DNA of 64,000 bases from an uncultured bacterium (GTDB taxonomy: Bacteria; Babelota; Babeliae; Babelales; Vermiphilaceae), in NCBI GenBank assembly GCA_963727255.1, contig CAVSFC010000002.1, positions 608,001 through 672,000 on the forward strand. The letters are read 5' to 3'. Below the pieces are notes generated by a model. It had not been told where the DNA came from. It saw only the letters and a program-made list of their open reading frames with translations, and ran no database searches. How positions within the stretch are numbered: position 1 is the stretch's first letter; each line of letters opens with the position of its first letter. A program made the position numbers and the translations under genes. This document shows, piece after piece, positions 63,214 through 64,000 of this stretch.

Positions 63214-64000
63214 ATGAATTTACGGTATTTCTCTATTCTCTTGTTAACACTGAGCACGATCGTTCATGCGGATATCAAAGAAAATTTAAAGAAGAAGTTC
63301 TTTGCAAAAGAATCTGAGCAAGTTCAGAATAAAGTTCCGCTTGTTTTTCATAAAGATTACGATATCTCATTATTGGGCTTGGAAAAGTTACATCCCTTTG
63401 ATTCATGCAAGTATGGCAAAGTTTATGATTATTTAATAACACAAGCAGGTATTTCTAAAAACCGTTTTCATAAGCCTGAAATCGTCTCAGATGAAGATTT
63501 AGCTAAAGTACACTCGCAAGAATATTTGGATTCCCTTTCTAGTTCTGCGACGCTTGCTCGAATTACGGAAATTGGACTTCTTGCCTCAGTGCCAAATTTT
63601 TTATTAAAAAATTATTTATTGCATGCGATGAAGATGGCAACAGGCGGTACCATTCTTGGTGCAGACCTAGCCCTTGAAAAGGGATGGGCGATTAATCTTT
63701 CTGGCGGCTATCATCATGCAAAGCATGATTGTGGCGGTGGATTTTGTGCCTATGCTGATATTCCTTTAGCCATAACCAAAGTTCTTGAGAAAAATCCTAC
63801 CTATAAAGCAATGATTATTGATCTTGATGCTCATCAAGGCAATGGCCATGAAGATTTTTTTAAAGAGGAAGATCGTGTTGCTATTTTTGATGTGTATAAT
63901 TCTGAAATTTATCCGCATGATTATGCTGCGCGTACACGAATTGATTACAATTATCCGGTTGCAAGCGGAATCGCTGATGAAGAATATTTGAAGCTTTTAG
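63214..64000 (+). CDS. Exported class IV (HDAC11-like) deacylase, runs off the window end
   Basis: Manual translation (absent from ORF track): MNLRYFSILLLTLSTIVHA|D..., GLEKLHPFDSCKYGKV, GWAINLSGGYHHA, GGGFCAYADI, DLDAHQGNG. Confidence 0.92.
   Translation, partial: MNLRYFSILLLTLSTIVHADIKENLKKKFFAKESEQVQNKVPLVFHKDYDISLLGLEKLHPFDSCKYGKVYDYLITQAGISKNRFHKPEIVSDEDLAKVHSQEYLDSLSSSATLARITEIGLLASVPNFLLKNYLLHAMKMATGGTILGADLALEKGWAINLSGGYHHAKHDCGGGFCAYADIPLAITKVLEKNPTYKAMIIDLDAHQGNGHEDFFKEEDRVAIFDVYNSEIYPHDYAARTRIDYNYPVASGIADEEYLKLL

Overview
AT-rich bacterial chromosomal segment. The gene mix (many small Sec-signal proteins, ankyrin/LRR/Sel1/F-box-like proteins, Bat cluster, split ATP synthase genes, type IV pilin) suggests a protist-associated intracellular bacterium such as Ca. 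Dependentiae/Babelota (TM6); this is an inference. Housekeeping genes: archease, rtcB, tmk, holB, a fadD-like ligase, cysK/CBS, an ATM1-like ABC transporter, batA-E, plsC, topA, atpI-like/atpB/atpE, folC-like, pilD, rbfA and rpsU. Many of them carry 1-bp frameshifts clustered at about 1-4.8 kb, 9.9-13.4 kb and 40.5-47.4 kb, most likely consensus errors. Highlights: (1) at least 16 unrelated exported proteins have Met immediately after the predicted signal-peptidase site, usually followed by E/D/Q, so the mature chains would start like eukaryotic proteins; one has a canonical eIF4E-binding motif and another a C-terminal CaaX box. (2) Two exported HDAC11-like deacylases and two exported GNATs. 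(3) An F-type c subunit made of four fused hairpins with E/Q/E/D at the ion-binding position. (4) Modular GC-rich palindromic repeats, some inserted inside coding sequences. (5) A tandem duplication that conserved the upstream region and signal peptide but not the mature cargo. No rRNA, tRNA or CRISPR array was recognised.
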